From positions 103,168,001 through 103,232,000 of the forward strand of contig NC_042997.1 in NCBI RefSeq assembly GCF_006345805.1: a stretch of 64,000 nucleotides of DNA, given 5' to 3'. The position numbers and the translations under genes were made by a program. Source of the stretch: Octopus sinensis. Its lineage: Eukaryota. The notes under the pieces were generated by a model. It did no database searches and had not been told where the DNA came from. It saw only the letters and a list, made by a program, of their open reading frames with translations. Every line of letters begins with the position of its first letter. Positions within the stretch are counted from its first letter, which is position 1. Of the stretch, positions 12,501-24,589 are shown one piece after another.

Positions 12501-13095
12501 ATAAAATCAAAATTAACTGATCCTCCTGTATTTTCTTTTATCCAAAGCCAAGAACTTTTCAACAACCCCTCGTATATGCTAATTTGATCTTCAACTCTTT
12601 GATAGACTCAGAAGAGCGTCGCCGTAACATAAAGCGCATCTTAGGCACTTTTTCACCTGACGGAACCCGTATTTTTTTCTGGTCTAATTACGACCTATGT
12701 CTTACAGAAAATGAAAGTGGAAGACAGAAAGTTTAAGAGAAGTTTTCTCTCTGTATATGTCTGCGATTTTATTTACTGCCCCTGAAAGATAAAATGCAAA
12801 TGGTGCTATTTAAAATTAGAAGAGTACAGAGATCCGGATGTTTACCTCAAGGCAATATATGCAATCCTCTGGTGCCTTGCCTCATGACCTTGATTATCCG
12901 CATGTGTGTGTGGGTGTGCGTAGATATATGCATTATATATGTATATATACATATGTATATGCATGTATATATACACATGCATTTATATATGCATACACTT
13001 ATGTAAACATCTCTCTCTCTCTTTCTTTCCCTCTCTCTTTCTCTCTCTCTGCATGGAAAACGGACGTTAAGTGATGATGATGATGATATATATAG

Positions 13096-13190
13096 TTAAT
13101 CCGAAATAACGGCGAAAAATACAAGAAAAAACAATAACGCGAGGATGTGGTACATGCAAAGTATTAGTAGACGCTCAAGGAAGGAAATAG
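13096..13190 (-). mobile_element. Fragment of PLE-like terminal repeat
   Basis: Matches the reverse complement of 54530-54610 and the copies at 32005-32110 and 46765-46865. All are embedded in (TA)n. Confidence 0.55.
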
Positions 13191-13226
13191 ATGTATACAT
13201 TATATATGTATATGTATGAATGTATG

Positions 13227-13324
<98 letters not shown>

Positions 13325-13399
13325 ATATATATATATTTTTATATATATATATATATTTTATATATATATATATTATTTTATATATATATATATATATAT

Positions 13400-13487
<88 letters not shown>

Positions 13488-13500
13488 CATACATACATAC
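13190..13500. repeat. (TA)n/(TAGA)n/(TACA)n compound microsatellite
   Basis: Directly visible. Confidence 0.95.
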
Positions 13501-13501
13501 A

Positions 13502-14012
13502 CAGCGTCATCGAAAAGGTTTCCGTGATTTCAGTTGTCAATTGCACTTGCTATAAGCAAGCGATCTGTATGAAATCAACGTGGACTGTATAACAACTGTA
13601 GGAGTTTTGATATTTTCTACTCCGTTGTCCTTGAAATCACTACTTTACTAGCGAACGTCTGGCCAGTCACTCTACGGCAATCGTGACGACTGTACAGCAG
13701 AAAACGCAGTGTGTGTTGTGGCACGCTGAGTTTAAATCATTTGTTTTAGTGCAACGTCATTTTCGGCGTACTTATAAACAAGATCTACCTACAGACAGAA
13801 CCATTGTTCGTTGGTTTAACCAGTTTAAAGAAACTGGAAATGTAAACATTAGGAAATCCCCAGGCTGGCCACGCACGTCGGAAGAGAAGGTGGAGCGTCT
13901 GAGACTGTCATGTTTGCGTAGCCCTAAGAAGTCCATCGCTCGACGCAGTTTGGAACTTCGTATGCCTAAAACAACAATTCAAAACGTGCTGTTTAAGCAC
14001 CTAAGAGTTTAG
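13502..14012 (+). mobile_element. 5' fragment of Tc1/mariner-superfamily transposon (DUF4817-type HTH, rosa/DD41D-like)
   Basis: ORF 13683-14012: QQKTQCVLWHAEFKSFVLVQRHFRRTY...TIVRWFNQFKETGNV...SPGWPRTSEE...RSPKKSIARRSLEL. TIR-like start CAGCGTCATCGAAAAG. The catalytic domain is absent. Confidence 0.7.
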
Positions 14013-14064
14013 ATACTGTTAGAGTTTAGGTACTGTAATATATTTCATCTTTATTCAGGTATAT

Positions 14065-17000
14065 TACTGAAGATCAATAAGTATTGACTCTCGATGGCTG
14101 AAACACCAAGTAGGTGTTTGGACTGTGTGTGACTCTACTGATAGGAGGGGAAACTCGTGCTTATGTAATCTGCTCAGTCGATTTCAGCTGGTAGATAGGT
14201 GCAGACAAGATGTCCCAGACACTCCATTGTGGTCATGGACTAATAGCGATGCGTCATCTAGATCTTATTTAGACAGGATTCTAATTGGAAAAATAGACAA
14301 AAACCTAGTTAGTCGTCCACGATTTCACAATGTCAGCTGCAGTGACCACAAATTTGTGACCTGTAGGCTGGACTTAAATAAGTTATGGAGACAGGGATTC
14401 GGCTACTGCAAACTCAATAAGTCACTTTTGGCTCATGAGAAGTACAGGAGTTGGGTTAAACAGTTAGTGATGAGGACATTGTGTGGTACCATTATTAACA
14501 ACAAATGGTGGTATGTCCTCAAAAGAGCCATAAAATTTGAGTCCATTAGGTATAGCAAAAAGATAGTGGCTAAGAAAAATAGAGTAGAAAGGGCCCTAGA
14601 CGAAACACTGGAATCTGGCACCATGCCCCGAGTTTTAGCTGCGAGAATGGCGCTTAACCATCACCTAGAGGCTAAAAACGAAGGATGCATAGTCAGGGCT
14701 AAGCAACGCGCAATGGGACGGGAATGAATGAAAGCCGAGGGATGGGCTATCCAACGTGGCAATCATGATACCATAAGGTCTTTGATAAATAATAAAGTGA
14801 ACTTGGTAAACGAACCCGAGATGTGTCAGGTCTTTCGGGAGCAATTCGCCCTGCTTTTTCGGGAGGGGCGGCGGGCCGGAATGTAGGAGGTACCTTGCGG
14901 AGTTCCTCACTGGCGTGCTACGTCCCTTGTGGCGAGAAGCGGAGAACTGTAAGGGGCCGATCACAGTTGCGGGGGTGCAGGATGCTTTGTAGGACTGCGG
15001 CGGGAACAAGTCGCCAGGACTAAATGGTCTCGTCTACGAGCTTTTTAAGTCTGCCAGACTTGTTCGGGCACCTACTGGTATGCGTCTTCACCAACCCAGT
15101 TCTGTGAGCCGGGGAGTGGTGACGCTGCTTAGAAAGGACCCAAACAAGGGGGATATTATAGATAATTTCAGACCCATTACTCTGCTTAACACAGAATTGA
15201 AGATTTAGGCCAAGGTGTTAGTAAAAAGGATGGCGCGTGTCATAGGTGGAATCGTCAGGCAGGCACAAACTTATGCTGTTCCTGGTAGATCCATACACGA
15301 CAATCTCCACCTTCTACGCTAAACCTTAGAGAGGGTTAACGGGTCTCCTAGCAAGGGTGGGGTGCTGGTCCATTTAGACCAGCTCAAAGCTTTTGTCTGG
15401 TGTTGTTTCCCGCAGCATTCAGGCTCGGGCCCGTCTTCCGCGGGTGAATCATTGATTTATACAGCAACGGCGAGTGAACGGGTTCTTCTCGAAGCCGTTC
15501 AACATCAAGCGCTCTGTTCTTCAAGGATATCCTCTCTACCTCTTCTGTATATGTTAGCTCAAACCCTTACTGCCGAAGCTGGAGGACTTGAAAGGCTTCC
15601 CACACGATCTAGGTTGCAATAAGATTTCGGCGTACGCGGATGGTATCACCATCATCGTGTCTAATATGCTACACCTACAGAGGGTAGGGAAAGGACTACG
15701 AGGCGGTGGCAGGAGCAAAAGTTAACCGGGATAAGTCAGTCGGCTTGCAACTCGGCACCTGGAGAGGCAAGACGATACCTCCCAACACCGTCATAGGGTG
15801 TTGGGTGGAGGGGCCGGTTAAAATTCTAGGGATTTGGTTTGGTATAGACCTCAGGCTAGAGAAGAATAGGAGCGAGGTGACGAGCAGGGTGACCCACCTA
15901 ACTCAGACCTAGTCTGAGCGGTTGCTATCCCTGAAAGGAAGGGTGGAGGTCACAGGAGTGTTTATCACTTTTGTGATTACCTACCACCTAACCGTCGTGC
16001 CTTGCCCCCGTTCTTGGCTGATCAAGTTGGGGCAGCTGTTCTTCCGGTTTTTGTGAAGGGGTAGAAGTCCTCTTATAAAGCGCTCTGTCTGCTGCCAGCA
16101 TCTGCTAAAGGGTGTGTTAGGGATGCCTTGCTATGGTTATTGATGTGCAGACATGCGCTGAGTCTGAGGCATCTGTGGCTCTACCTGGATGATGAACAGG
16201 TGTGGTCACCGTTCATTCGGTTGTTACTTCTTGAGCTTAATAGTTTGATTGAACTAGAACCTTGGCTCAAATGTAGATCAAAGTTGGGTGCTTGGCAAGC
16301 GGATTGTCGTGAGGCACTTAAGCTTCTCTGTCACACGGACAACGCCAGCGTCGGGGGTTTCACCTCGTCTTTCTATAGAGGGTTGGTAAAGACTCAGTGT
16401 GACGACGGTCTCGGGGAGACTCTAGGTTTCGATGATAGTAAACTAGCTGACCTGAAGGACATTCGAGCCAGGACCCTTGAATAACTTCTAAGGATCCCTG
16501 GCCTGGCAGTGTTACCGAGGAGCCTTACGAGTTTGTGATAAACTCGCATTTAAACATTATCAATTATATCATCAACTACTATAGGCACGACCAACAAAGC
16601 TCTAATAGAATACATACACAACAATACAGACAACGTCACCGCCACCAACTTCGACAAAAACTTAAAAGAGAAGCTAAGTGAAAAGAACAACTATTTCTTT
16701 ATTGCCCACAGTGGACCAAACATAGAGGGGACGATACAAAGGAAGGAGGGGTAGATAAAACGAATAATTTTACAAAAGATGAATAGTTAAAAATTTAAGT
16801 TAAAAATTTATATAAATTAGATGATAACAAACAATGACACATAATGAAGTGGAGGACGGGTTTAGCTTCGATCCTGCAAGCCCCCCCCCCCAACATCGCT
16901 TGACAACCGATGGTGGTGTGTTTACGTCCCCGTAATTTAGCGGTTCGGCAAAATAGACCGATAGAATAAGTATTAGGTTTACAAAGAATAAGTCCTGGGG

Positions 17001-17075
17001 GTCGATTTCCTCGACTAAAGGCGGTGCTCCAGCATGGCCGCAGTCAAATGACTGAAACAAGTAAAAGAGTAAAGA

Positions 17076-17122
<47 letters not shown>

Positions 17123-17872
17123 CTTTCTTTAGAGGAATGGCTCTAAGAAATACAAACAATTCAAACAACTTTAAACAAAAAATGGGCTACAAGAACCCAG
17201 TGCTCTCATACTTGTTGCCTGTCCAATGTTCACCCATGTGCCCAAGATGCGAGCTGGACAGGGGAACCGTTCTGCACAAGATTGTGCAATGCTCCAAAGT
17301 TTCCGAAATGTAGGTTTACGTTGAAGACCTGCTGTCTCGGCTGGAAAGAGTATAACTGTCTTCCGAGGCGATTGTAAAGATTGTTCCTCCTTCCTCTTTT
17401 AACAAAGAAGGCAAGGCTTGTTTCCTCGCGGTGGTCGCTATGGCGAAAGAAGTGGTATGGAAGACCCGCGTGAAAAGAATCATGACAGGTATCTTCATCT
17501 CCAGGTTTGGATTGATTAATTTCCTCATTTATCATCTTAAGAGGGAAATAAGGGTGGAGAGAAAATGCCTGTCTCCTGATGTATATGGAAAAAGATGGAA
17601 GGCTGCAGCGAGTTTGTTGAGAATGAATGAACCCATATAGTATATCCATAAGGTTATACAAAAGGTTATAGTGGTAACACGAGGCTTGCAGGGTCGAAGC
17701 TAAACCCGTCCTCCACTTCATTATGTGTCATTGTTTGTTACCATCTAATTTATATAAATTTTTAACTTAAATTTTTAACTATTCATCTTTTGTAAAATTA
17801 TTCGTTTTATCCACCCTCCTTCATTTGTATCGTCCCCTCTATGTTTGGTCCCCTGTGGGCAATAAAGAAATA
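14065..17872 (+). mobile_element. 5'-truncated L1/Tx1-clade LINE (degenerate ORF2: APE end, RT, C-terminal Zn knuckle, 3' UTR), interrupted at 16552-17231
   Basis: APE motifs SRSYLDRI and SDH. RT motifs KSPGLNGL, NFRPITLLNTELK, GRSIHDNLH, LDQLKAF and AYADG. After the insertion: PMCPRC...LH...QC and AMAKEVVWKTR...RW. The 3' end is GTGGGCAATAAAGAAATAG. Many stops and frameshifts. Confidence 0.9.
16552..17231. other. Three-template local insertion inside the LINE
   Basis: 16552-16630 = reverse complement of 18341-18419; 16631-16882 = reverse complement of 17683-17934; 16881-17231 = direct copy of 20323-20693. Confidence 0.9.
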
Positions 17873-17934
17873 GTTGTTCTTTTTCACTTAGCTTCTCTTT
17901 TAAGTTTTTGTTGAAGTTGGTGGCGGTGACGTTG

Positions 17935-19870
17935 TTTTTGTCTCTACTACCTCTTGTCACGTATATTTCACTGATAGCCACTATATCTACACTTGGTGAC
18001 CTGAGGTCATTGAGTAGATGGCCTTGTTTCCAAGGCGACTCCAGGTCACGTGCATTTATACTACCTATCTTATGCAACGCCATGTTGGACAATGAAATAG
18101 ACGGAAACGAAGACAGAGCTACTTACAGTAGTTTTGTGAGGGGCGGGTAATTGGTGTCCCATCCCTCTAGTTAGATGTGGGCGAATCTACGAGCAGCTCT
18201 TTGTAAATAATTTTGTAAGCGTTTTTTGTAAAATTCCCTTCCCCATAGTATTAAAGTATTATGAGTGTTTTGTGTTACTTGTATAATCTTTATATATGTA
18301 GGCAGGCTGGTTGTCGATATAATGAAATTGCTGAGTGATTTCTGTATTGTTGTGTATGCATTCTATTAGAGCTTTGTTGGTCGTGCCTATAGTAGTTGAT
18401 GATATAATTGATAATGTTTCAATTTTGTTCGTATTGGGATTTATAATCAAACTGCTGTGCATGTGAATTAAGTTGTGCTAGTAGTGGTGGTGGTGTTTGT
18501 GATTGTGGTGGTAGTAGTGGTAGTATTGGGGTGATGTTGACACAGTCAGTTTGCTTGAGGGAGGTGTTTGAGCATTGTCGCTAAAAGGCATCTCCCCCAT
18601 TTGTTCGTATCTTCCAGTTACTTTGTGTTGGTGTACATTTCTCCCTTTCTTCTCTTGGCTTTGGCGACCGTTTGCCAGTTAGGCTCACCACCGTCCCCTT
18701 TATCAAAGGACATATCTGAGTAGTCCGAAGAGGGTAGAGGTACGTCTTGAGCAGGCTTTTGCCGTTTTGTTGAAGTAGCTGTTGTTGTAATTTTGAGTGT
18801 TTCCGATGCTGCTGTTATTGGTGGTGTTGCTACTGTTGTGGATGCTGCAGTAACTCGCTGTTTTGTTGATCAGCCTGCATTAATAACTGCATACCCTGTG
18901 CTAATCAGTTCTGCTTTTGTATTCTTTCTATCTTCAGAATATGCGGAAGAAAACTGCTGCCATCAACAGGCAGATGTTGATATATCTGGTGATATATTTA
19001 GTATTCTTACTTTGAATATCCTTCGGCTAAGATAAATGGGTATGAGGATGAGTTCTTCACTCGGTAAGGTGGCTGTTGAGTAATTTTTGGCCTCCTTCCC
19101 TGTGGTGAACCTTACTTGATAGTTCCATATTTTCCCCTGGCTATATAGGTTTTGCTCTTCCAAATTGCAAAATGTTTTCGTTCTGCTGGTGTGTTTCCTG
19201 CTCTATTCTAGTTTTTATTCCAATTGTTTTATATAAAAAATGTCTACAAATTAGTTTTTCGCTGGACAGATCTTGGGACATTCAGTGCAACATTTCTCCC
19301 ACATTTTCTCAACTTACGTTTTGCACTTTTGAATTCATTTTCATTTATAAAATTTTCTTCATTTACTTGCCGCTGACGCATCACCGAAACAATTAACTGC
19401 AGATTTGTATTGTTCATTTTCATTGTTCTTGATTTCTTCGTTAATGATGCTCGTGGCAAAGTGGCTGGTGGTTGCTTTGCTGTTGCAGCTGGAGATGGCG
19501 GTGAAGGTGGCAGCATTCTCGCTGGTATTGTTGCATTTTGTAGTAATTGATTTCTTTTTTTTTTTTTGTTCCTGCGATGGTGAAGGTAGCGCTGAAAGCA
19601 ACGTAAAGTTACTTTAATAGATTTCACGAGCTGTATTGTTGTTATCGTTATTGCTGCTGATGCCGTCACAGATTTTTACAATTTCGCTGTTCTGTTGTGC
19701 GGAGAACTGGCTGTTTCTTTTTAGAGGACGAACAATCCTCGTCCGCCAGCTTTCTATTTGAAGCAAAAATTGGGGTGTGTATTAGGCTGAACAAATTCCA
19801 AATTGGCCTCTAAGGGCTACAGATGGATAAAATACTAATCAGCTCCCTAAGGTCCTGATTAATTTATCTA
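17935..19870 (-). mobile_element. 5' part of an L1/Tx1-type LINE (ORF1 plus start of APE), 3'-truncated
   Basis: MALHKIGSINARDLES..KQGHLLNDLRSPSVDIVAISE at 18092-17940 is a typical APE N-terminus. Upstream are broken ORF1 frames (18963-19163 and 19244-19669) with Thr/Ala-rich low complexity. Confidence 0.72.
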
Positions 19871-20005
19871 TATAACGATAACAAATGCACAACATGAAAC
19901 TTTGTACTACAATACGAATGACAACAAACCTACGGGAGAGATGTGTAATATGTGGTGATAGACGAAAACAACAACGACAACAACAACAACAGGAATAATA
20001 ATAAC

Positions 20006-20053
<48 letters not shown>

Positions 20054-20054
<1 letters not shown>

Positions 20055-20219
20055 GGCGCAGGAGTGGTTGTGTGGTAAGTAGCTTACTTACCAACCACAT
20101 GGTTCCGGGTTCAGTTCCACTGCGTGGCACCTTGGGCAAGTGCCTTCTACTATAACCTCGGGCCGACTAAAGCCTTGTGAGTGGATTTGGTAGACGGAAA
20201 CTGAAAGAAGCCGAACGTA

Positions 20220-20288
<69 letters not shown>

Positions 20289-20516
20289 ATGTGTGTGTGT
20301 GTGTTTGTGTGTCTGTGTTTGTCCCCCCGCCCAACATCGCTTGACAACCGTTGGTGGTGCGTTTACGTCCCCGTAACTTAGCGGTTCGGCAAAATAGACC
20401 GATAGTATAAGTATTAGGCTTACAAAGAATAAGTCCTGGGGGTCGATTTCCTCGACTAAAGGCGGTGCTCCAGCATGGCCGCAGTCAAATGACTGAAACA
20501 AGTAAAAGAGTAAAGA

Positions 20517-20520
<4 letters not shown>
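20054..20520 (+). mobile_element. SINE family A, full length, flanked on both sides by (AAT)n
   Basis: AGGCGCAGGAGTGGTTGTGTGG head, CCTTGGGCAAGTG box, internal (TA)n(TG)n, and GACTGAAACAAGTAAAAGAG tail. Confidence 0.92.
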
Positions 20521-20557
<37 letters not shown>

Positions 20558-21714
20558 TATAATAATAATAATAATAATGTTAATTTTTCTTTAGAGGAAT
20601 GGCTCTAAGAAATACAAACAATTCAAACAACTTTAAACAAAAAATGGGCTACAAGAACCCAGTGCTCTCATACTTGTTGCCTGTCCAATGTTCTTATATT
20701 TGTTGTCCAATGCTCTCATACTTACTGCCAGTACCGCTGGTCATTCTTACCGTTATTTCTGATTTTGCTCCTTTCGTTGTAGCTTCTAATATATATGATT
20801 CCGGTGCTGTCATAAAATCTTGCAGTATAGGTGCAAACTTTGTTACAACCCACACCGTTGTTACAGATTTAGTTTATCTTACTAAATCTCAATAACTAAT
20901 CTCAATAACTTTAGTTTCTAATACAGTTGGTACTGTTGCAGTTCTTTCTGCTGTTGACATAAATACCGTTTTTACCATTGAAATAATTGCTTCTGATCTG
21001 ATTATAACTACTATCACCCACAGAGTGGGCGCTCCAATTTTTGTAACAGTATCAATAATATAGTTTGTCTTAAATATTTTACCTACTGCTTATCTGCTTC
21101 CATTCGCTTTATCACTTCTACCGGAACAACTCACTTAACAAAGATAACACAGGGCGCCTCTAAGTTTGATTTTTTGGGTGATTACAGATTAAATAAGGTA
21201 ATATAAGATCCACTTTTCCTCACTGTCGATAGATTTCTGACGTCATAAAATCAAATCACTTGTCTGCCATGGCTGTTTGTCTTCAATATGTCAACATGAA
21301 ATTACAACTCAAGGTTTTCTTTATTCTGAGGTATGAGGTATTTTGAATTGACGGAAAGTTTAAAAAAAGCCATAACTGTTACAATAAAGACTTCTAACAC
21401 ATAAACAAAGCTACAACAATTTGTTTTGGGAAAGAGGGTACAGTCAATTCATTCAACCCAGTACTTGACTTATTTTTGTAAAACAGATCGGTATTTATTC
21501 ATGCAGATGCAAAATCTACATTAGAGGAATCTGAAATCAGAACGTTATGGAGAGTAACTAAATAGCGCACATTATTTTTGTTCAGCAGCGCTCTACCGTT
21601 TTTATCAGACAATAACAAGAACAACAAAAACAATAACATTAAAAATATATCTTCCAATATTACCACAGAATCACAATTATTCAGTTAAAGAATAACCAAT
21701 TACACCCCACCCCA

Positions 21715-21735
21715 TATATATATATTATATATATG

Positions 21736-21783
<48 letters not shown>

Positions 21784-21814
21784 GTATATATATATATAAT
21801 ATATATATATATAT

Positions 21815-21850
<36 letters not shown>

Positions 21851-21851
21851 T

Positions 21852-21894
<43 letters not shown>

Positions 21895-21915
21895 TGTATG
21901 TATATACGTGTGTGT

Positions 21916-21950
<35 letters not shown>

Positions 21951-21965
21951 CGTATGTGTGTGTAT
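21715..21965. repeat. (TA)n/(TAGA)n/(TG)n compound microsatellite
   Basis: Directly visible. Confidence 0.95.
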
Positions 21966-22539
21966 AAGCAGATCAGGCTCCCATCAAAACCGAATTGATT
22001 TAATTCTTTTTATGACGCATAGGATGTAGTAGAAGTTACCCTGGATAGATATTTATAAGATATTACTAATAAATAAATAAAAAGCGAGCGCCAGCGGCTT
22101 CAACACACTGGTTAACTTTTCATTTCATAGCTCCACTATAAAATGAACATTACAATGTGTGTTGCCATAGGTAGATGAATTAGTAGTGCCTTTCTGCCCG
22201 CCAGCTATTATTGGTCATTGACATTTCTATGAGTAACTCTTTCACTGTTTGACAGGTTTTATGTTTAACACTGCTACATACCTACACGCTTTTCTCACCT
22301 AGTGAATTAGGAGTGGGGGTTAGTCATCAACATCTTCCCTTCTGACCACTTGATCATAAGACATTTTGCATGGGTTGCATGGCACCAATAGCAGATGTTA
22401 CCGGACAGTACATTTAATAGTTATGAATAAAATATTCTCAACTATAACCTCTTTTCCCGCATCTTTTTTAAAAATAACCCGAGCCCTTTCTCGGGTCATA
22501 CAACTAATAATCATTTATACTGTAGATACAAAGCCTACA

Positions 22540-22875
22540 ATTTTATATAAGTCGATACATCGACTCAGTACTCAACTGGTACTTATGCATCAACTCTGAA
22601 AGGATGAAAGGCAAAGTCTGCCGCGGCGGAATTTGAAGTCTTTATTGTAACAGTTATGCCTTTTTTTAAACTTTCCGTCAATTCAAAATACCTCATACCT
22701 CAGAATAAAGAAAACCTTGAGTTGTAATTTCATGTTGACATATTGAAGACAAACAGCCATGGCAGACAAGTGATTTGATTTTATGACGTCAGAAATCTAT
22801 CGACAGTGAGGAAAAAGTGGATCTTATATTACCTTATTTAATCTGTAAAAACAGACAAAATGCCGCTGAGCATAC
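22540..22875 (-). mobile_element. SINE family B interrupted by a 214-bp inverted local copy
   Basis: SINE sequence runs to GGAATTTGAA (22637) and resumes at GTAAAAACAGACAAAATGCCGCTGAGCAT. 22635-22848 is the reverse complement of 21182-21394. Confidence 0.8.
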
Positions 22876-23384
22876 ATATTTTTACCACATAACCGATTCT
22901 TTTGGTAATCGATAAATTTCCCAGCAGGAAAGCATTTGTTAAGCTTCCAGGATTCTTAACTCTGTTGATTGTACATATATCAGCAATGCGTATTCAGTAA
23001 ATTTATATAATAACTGCAACTATATATTTTACACTATCTCACTTTATTTGACGAATATATATCCTCATAATACCATTATATACATGCGGAAACACTATAA
23101 ATTCCACTTTGAAGCATTTGCAAGGCGCATGCGTAAATGTGTGGCAAGAAGTTTTTCTTCCGAACTACATGGTTCTGGGTTCAGTTCCACTGTTGGCATC
23201 TTGGGCAAGTGTCTTCTACTATAGTGCCGGGCCGACTAAAGCTTTTGGCAGATGGAAACTAAAAAAGAAGCTCGTCGTATATACATATTGAAAGATACAA
23301 ATAAGGAAATGATTTTATTCTCAAACGCTAATAATATATCATGAGCAGGATAAACTATCCATATTTTGCAGAAAAATCTGTCGG

Positions 23385-23457
23385 CGGCCTGCCATGAGAC
23401 TCGAACTCATATCCCTGTGATTACGCGTCAAGTGCTTTACCATTAAGCTAAACTGCC
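23385..23457 (-). pseudogene. tRNA-Thr-like module (left arm of inverted pair)
   Basis: GGCAGTTTAGCTTAATGGTAAAGCACTTGACGCGTAATCACAGGGATATGAGTTCGAGTCTCAT. D arm GCTT/AAGC, perfect T arm ATGAG-TTCGAGT-CTCAT, CGT at the anticodon position. Has G33 and a poor acceptor stem. Confidence 0.6.
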
Positions 23458-23557
23458 TCGAACAATAAATTCTTATGCAAACTTAGGATATATAAATCTA
23501 GCTTTATAAGTCGCTATCGCACGTTAAATTCAACTTACGTTGAAGGTCAACAAATAA

Positions 23558-23628
23558 AGTTTAGCTTAATGGTAAAGCACTTGATGTGTAATCACAGGGA
23601 TGTGAGTTCGAGTCTCATGGCTGGCACC
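23558..23628 (+). pseudogene. tRNA-Thr-like module (right arm of inverted pair)
   Basis: AGTTTAGCTTAATGGTAAAGCACTTGATGTGTAATCACAGGGATGTGAGTTCGAGTCTCATGG. A and B boxes intact, TGT at the anticodon position. Confidence 0.6.
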
Positions 23629-24589
23629 AACAGACTTTTCTTCAAAATATGGATAGTTTATCCTGCGCATGCTATATTATTAGCATTATCTGCATTTGCG
23701 AATAAAATTATTTCCTTATCTGTATCTTTCAATACATCTCAACACTTCTAAAGCAAATTTTGTTGACTTTCAACGTAAGCTGAATTTAACACACACACAC
23801 ACGCACACGCACACGCACACGCGCGTACACACACACACATATGTATTTATGCACGTATATATGTATATAAATGTGTATGTGGCTTTGTTTGTGCTTGATC
23901 CCACCACCGCTTGACAACTGGTTTTTGTTCACGTCTCTGTAACTTTGTGATTCGGCATAAAAAAACCCCATATAAGTACCAGACTTAAAAATAATAAGTA
24001 CTGGAGTGGATTTTCTCAAGTAAACCCCTCAAAGCGGTACCCCTGCATAGCCGCAGTCCAGCGACCGGAAAAAGTAAAAAATAAAGGTTAAAAATTTATT
24101 TGATATCTTCTGGTACCTTAGGAGTACATTTGAACGATTCTAGTCTTCCACAAGTATCTGATACACTCATGCAAACGAAATACATTTAAGATACTTATGC
24201 ACACCAGAAATATCCTGACTATCCAGCTTTATGTCATTACGTTGACTTTCATTTGAGTCCAAGATACCGAACTTAAACTCAGTTCTCAATCGATGATTAC
24301 CATTTCCACATCTAAATTCTTTTGATATTACTTCCACGGCCAGCACTTCCTCCAGTTCCTTTTTCTGCTTCTCATTTAATTTCTGAACAACAGTGGGGCT
24401 TAAAGGAAGTTTTACAATTCCCCTATCAACGATGGAGTCATTGAATTCTCTTGAGACCGAACAGCAGCTATTGACATTAGATAATATTGTTTCTGTCGTT
24501 GCAGTTACATCATAATAACCTTTATCTTTGACTTTACTATCCCCTTCCTTTCAGGGCGGAAGAACCAGTCGTCATTTCCGGAAACATCT

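Larger units (their letters stand above)
23122..24085 (+). mobile_element. Diverged SINE family A split at its internal microsatellite
   Basis: Head half at 23122-23285 (CATCTTGGGCAAGTGTCTTCTACTATAG). Tail half at about 23790-24085 (CCGCTTGACAAC...GCATAGCCGCAGTCC...AAAAGTAAAA). Confidence 0.7.

Noticed and set aside
13191-13464. Long ORFs rich in YI/CV/HT/MYV dipeptides here and at 26258-27402, 31622-32149, 46673-47211, 52862-54124 and 62467-63198
   Set aside because: They are translations of microsatellites lacking stop codons, not genes.
14065-19870. Twin-priming 5' inversion explaining the two opposed LINE halves
   Set aside because: Twin priming places the inverted part upstream of the 3' half; here it lies downstream of the 3' end.
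20700-21150. Thr/Val-rich coding-like stretch on the minus strand (similar weak signal at 24100-24520)
   Set aside because: Possibly old LINE ORF1 remnants, but no motif is clear enough to annotate.
23385-23628. Functional tRNA-Thr genes
   Set aside because: G at position 33, mismatched anticodon stem and no proper acceptor stem; treated as tRNA-derived modules.
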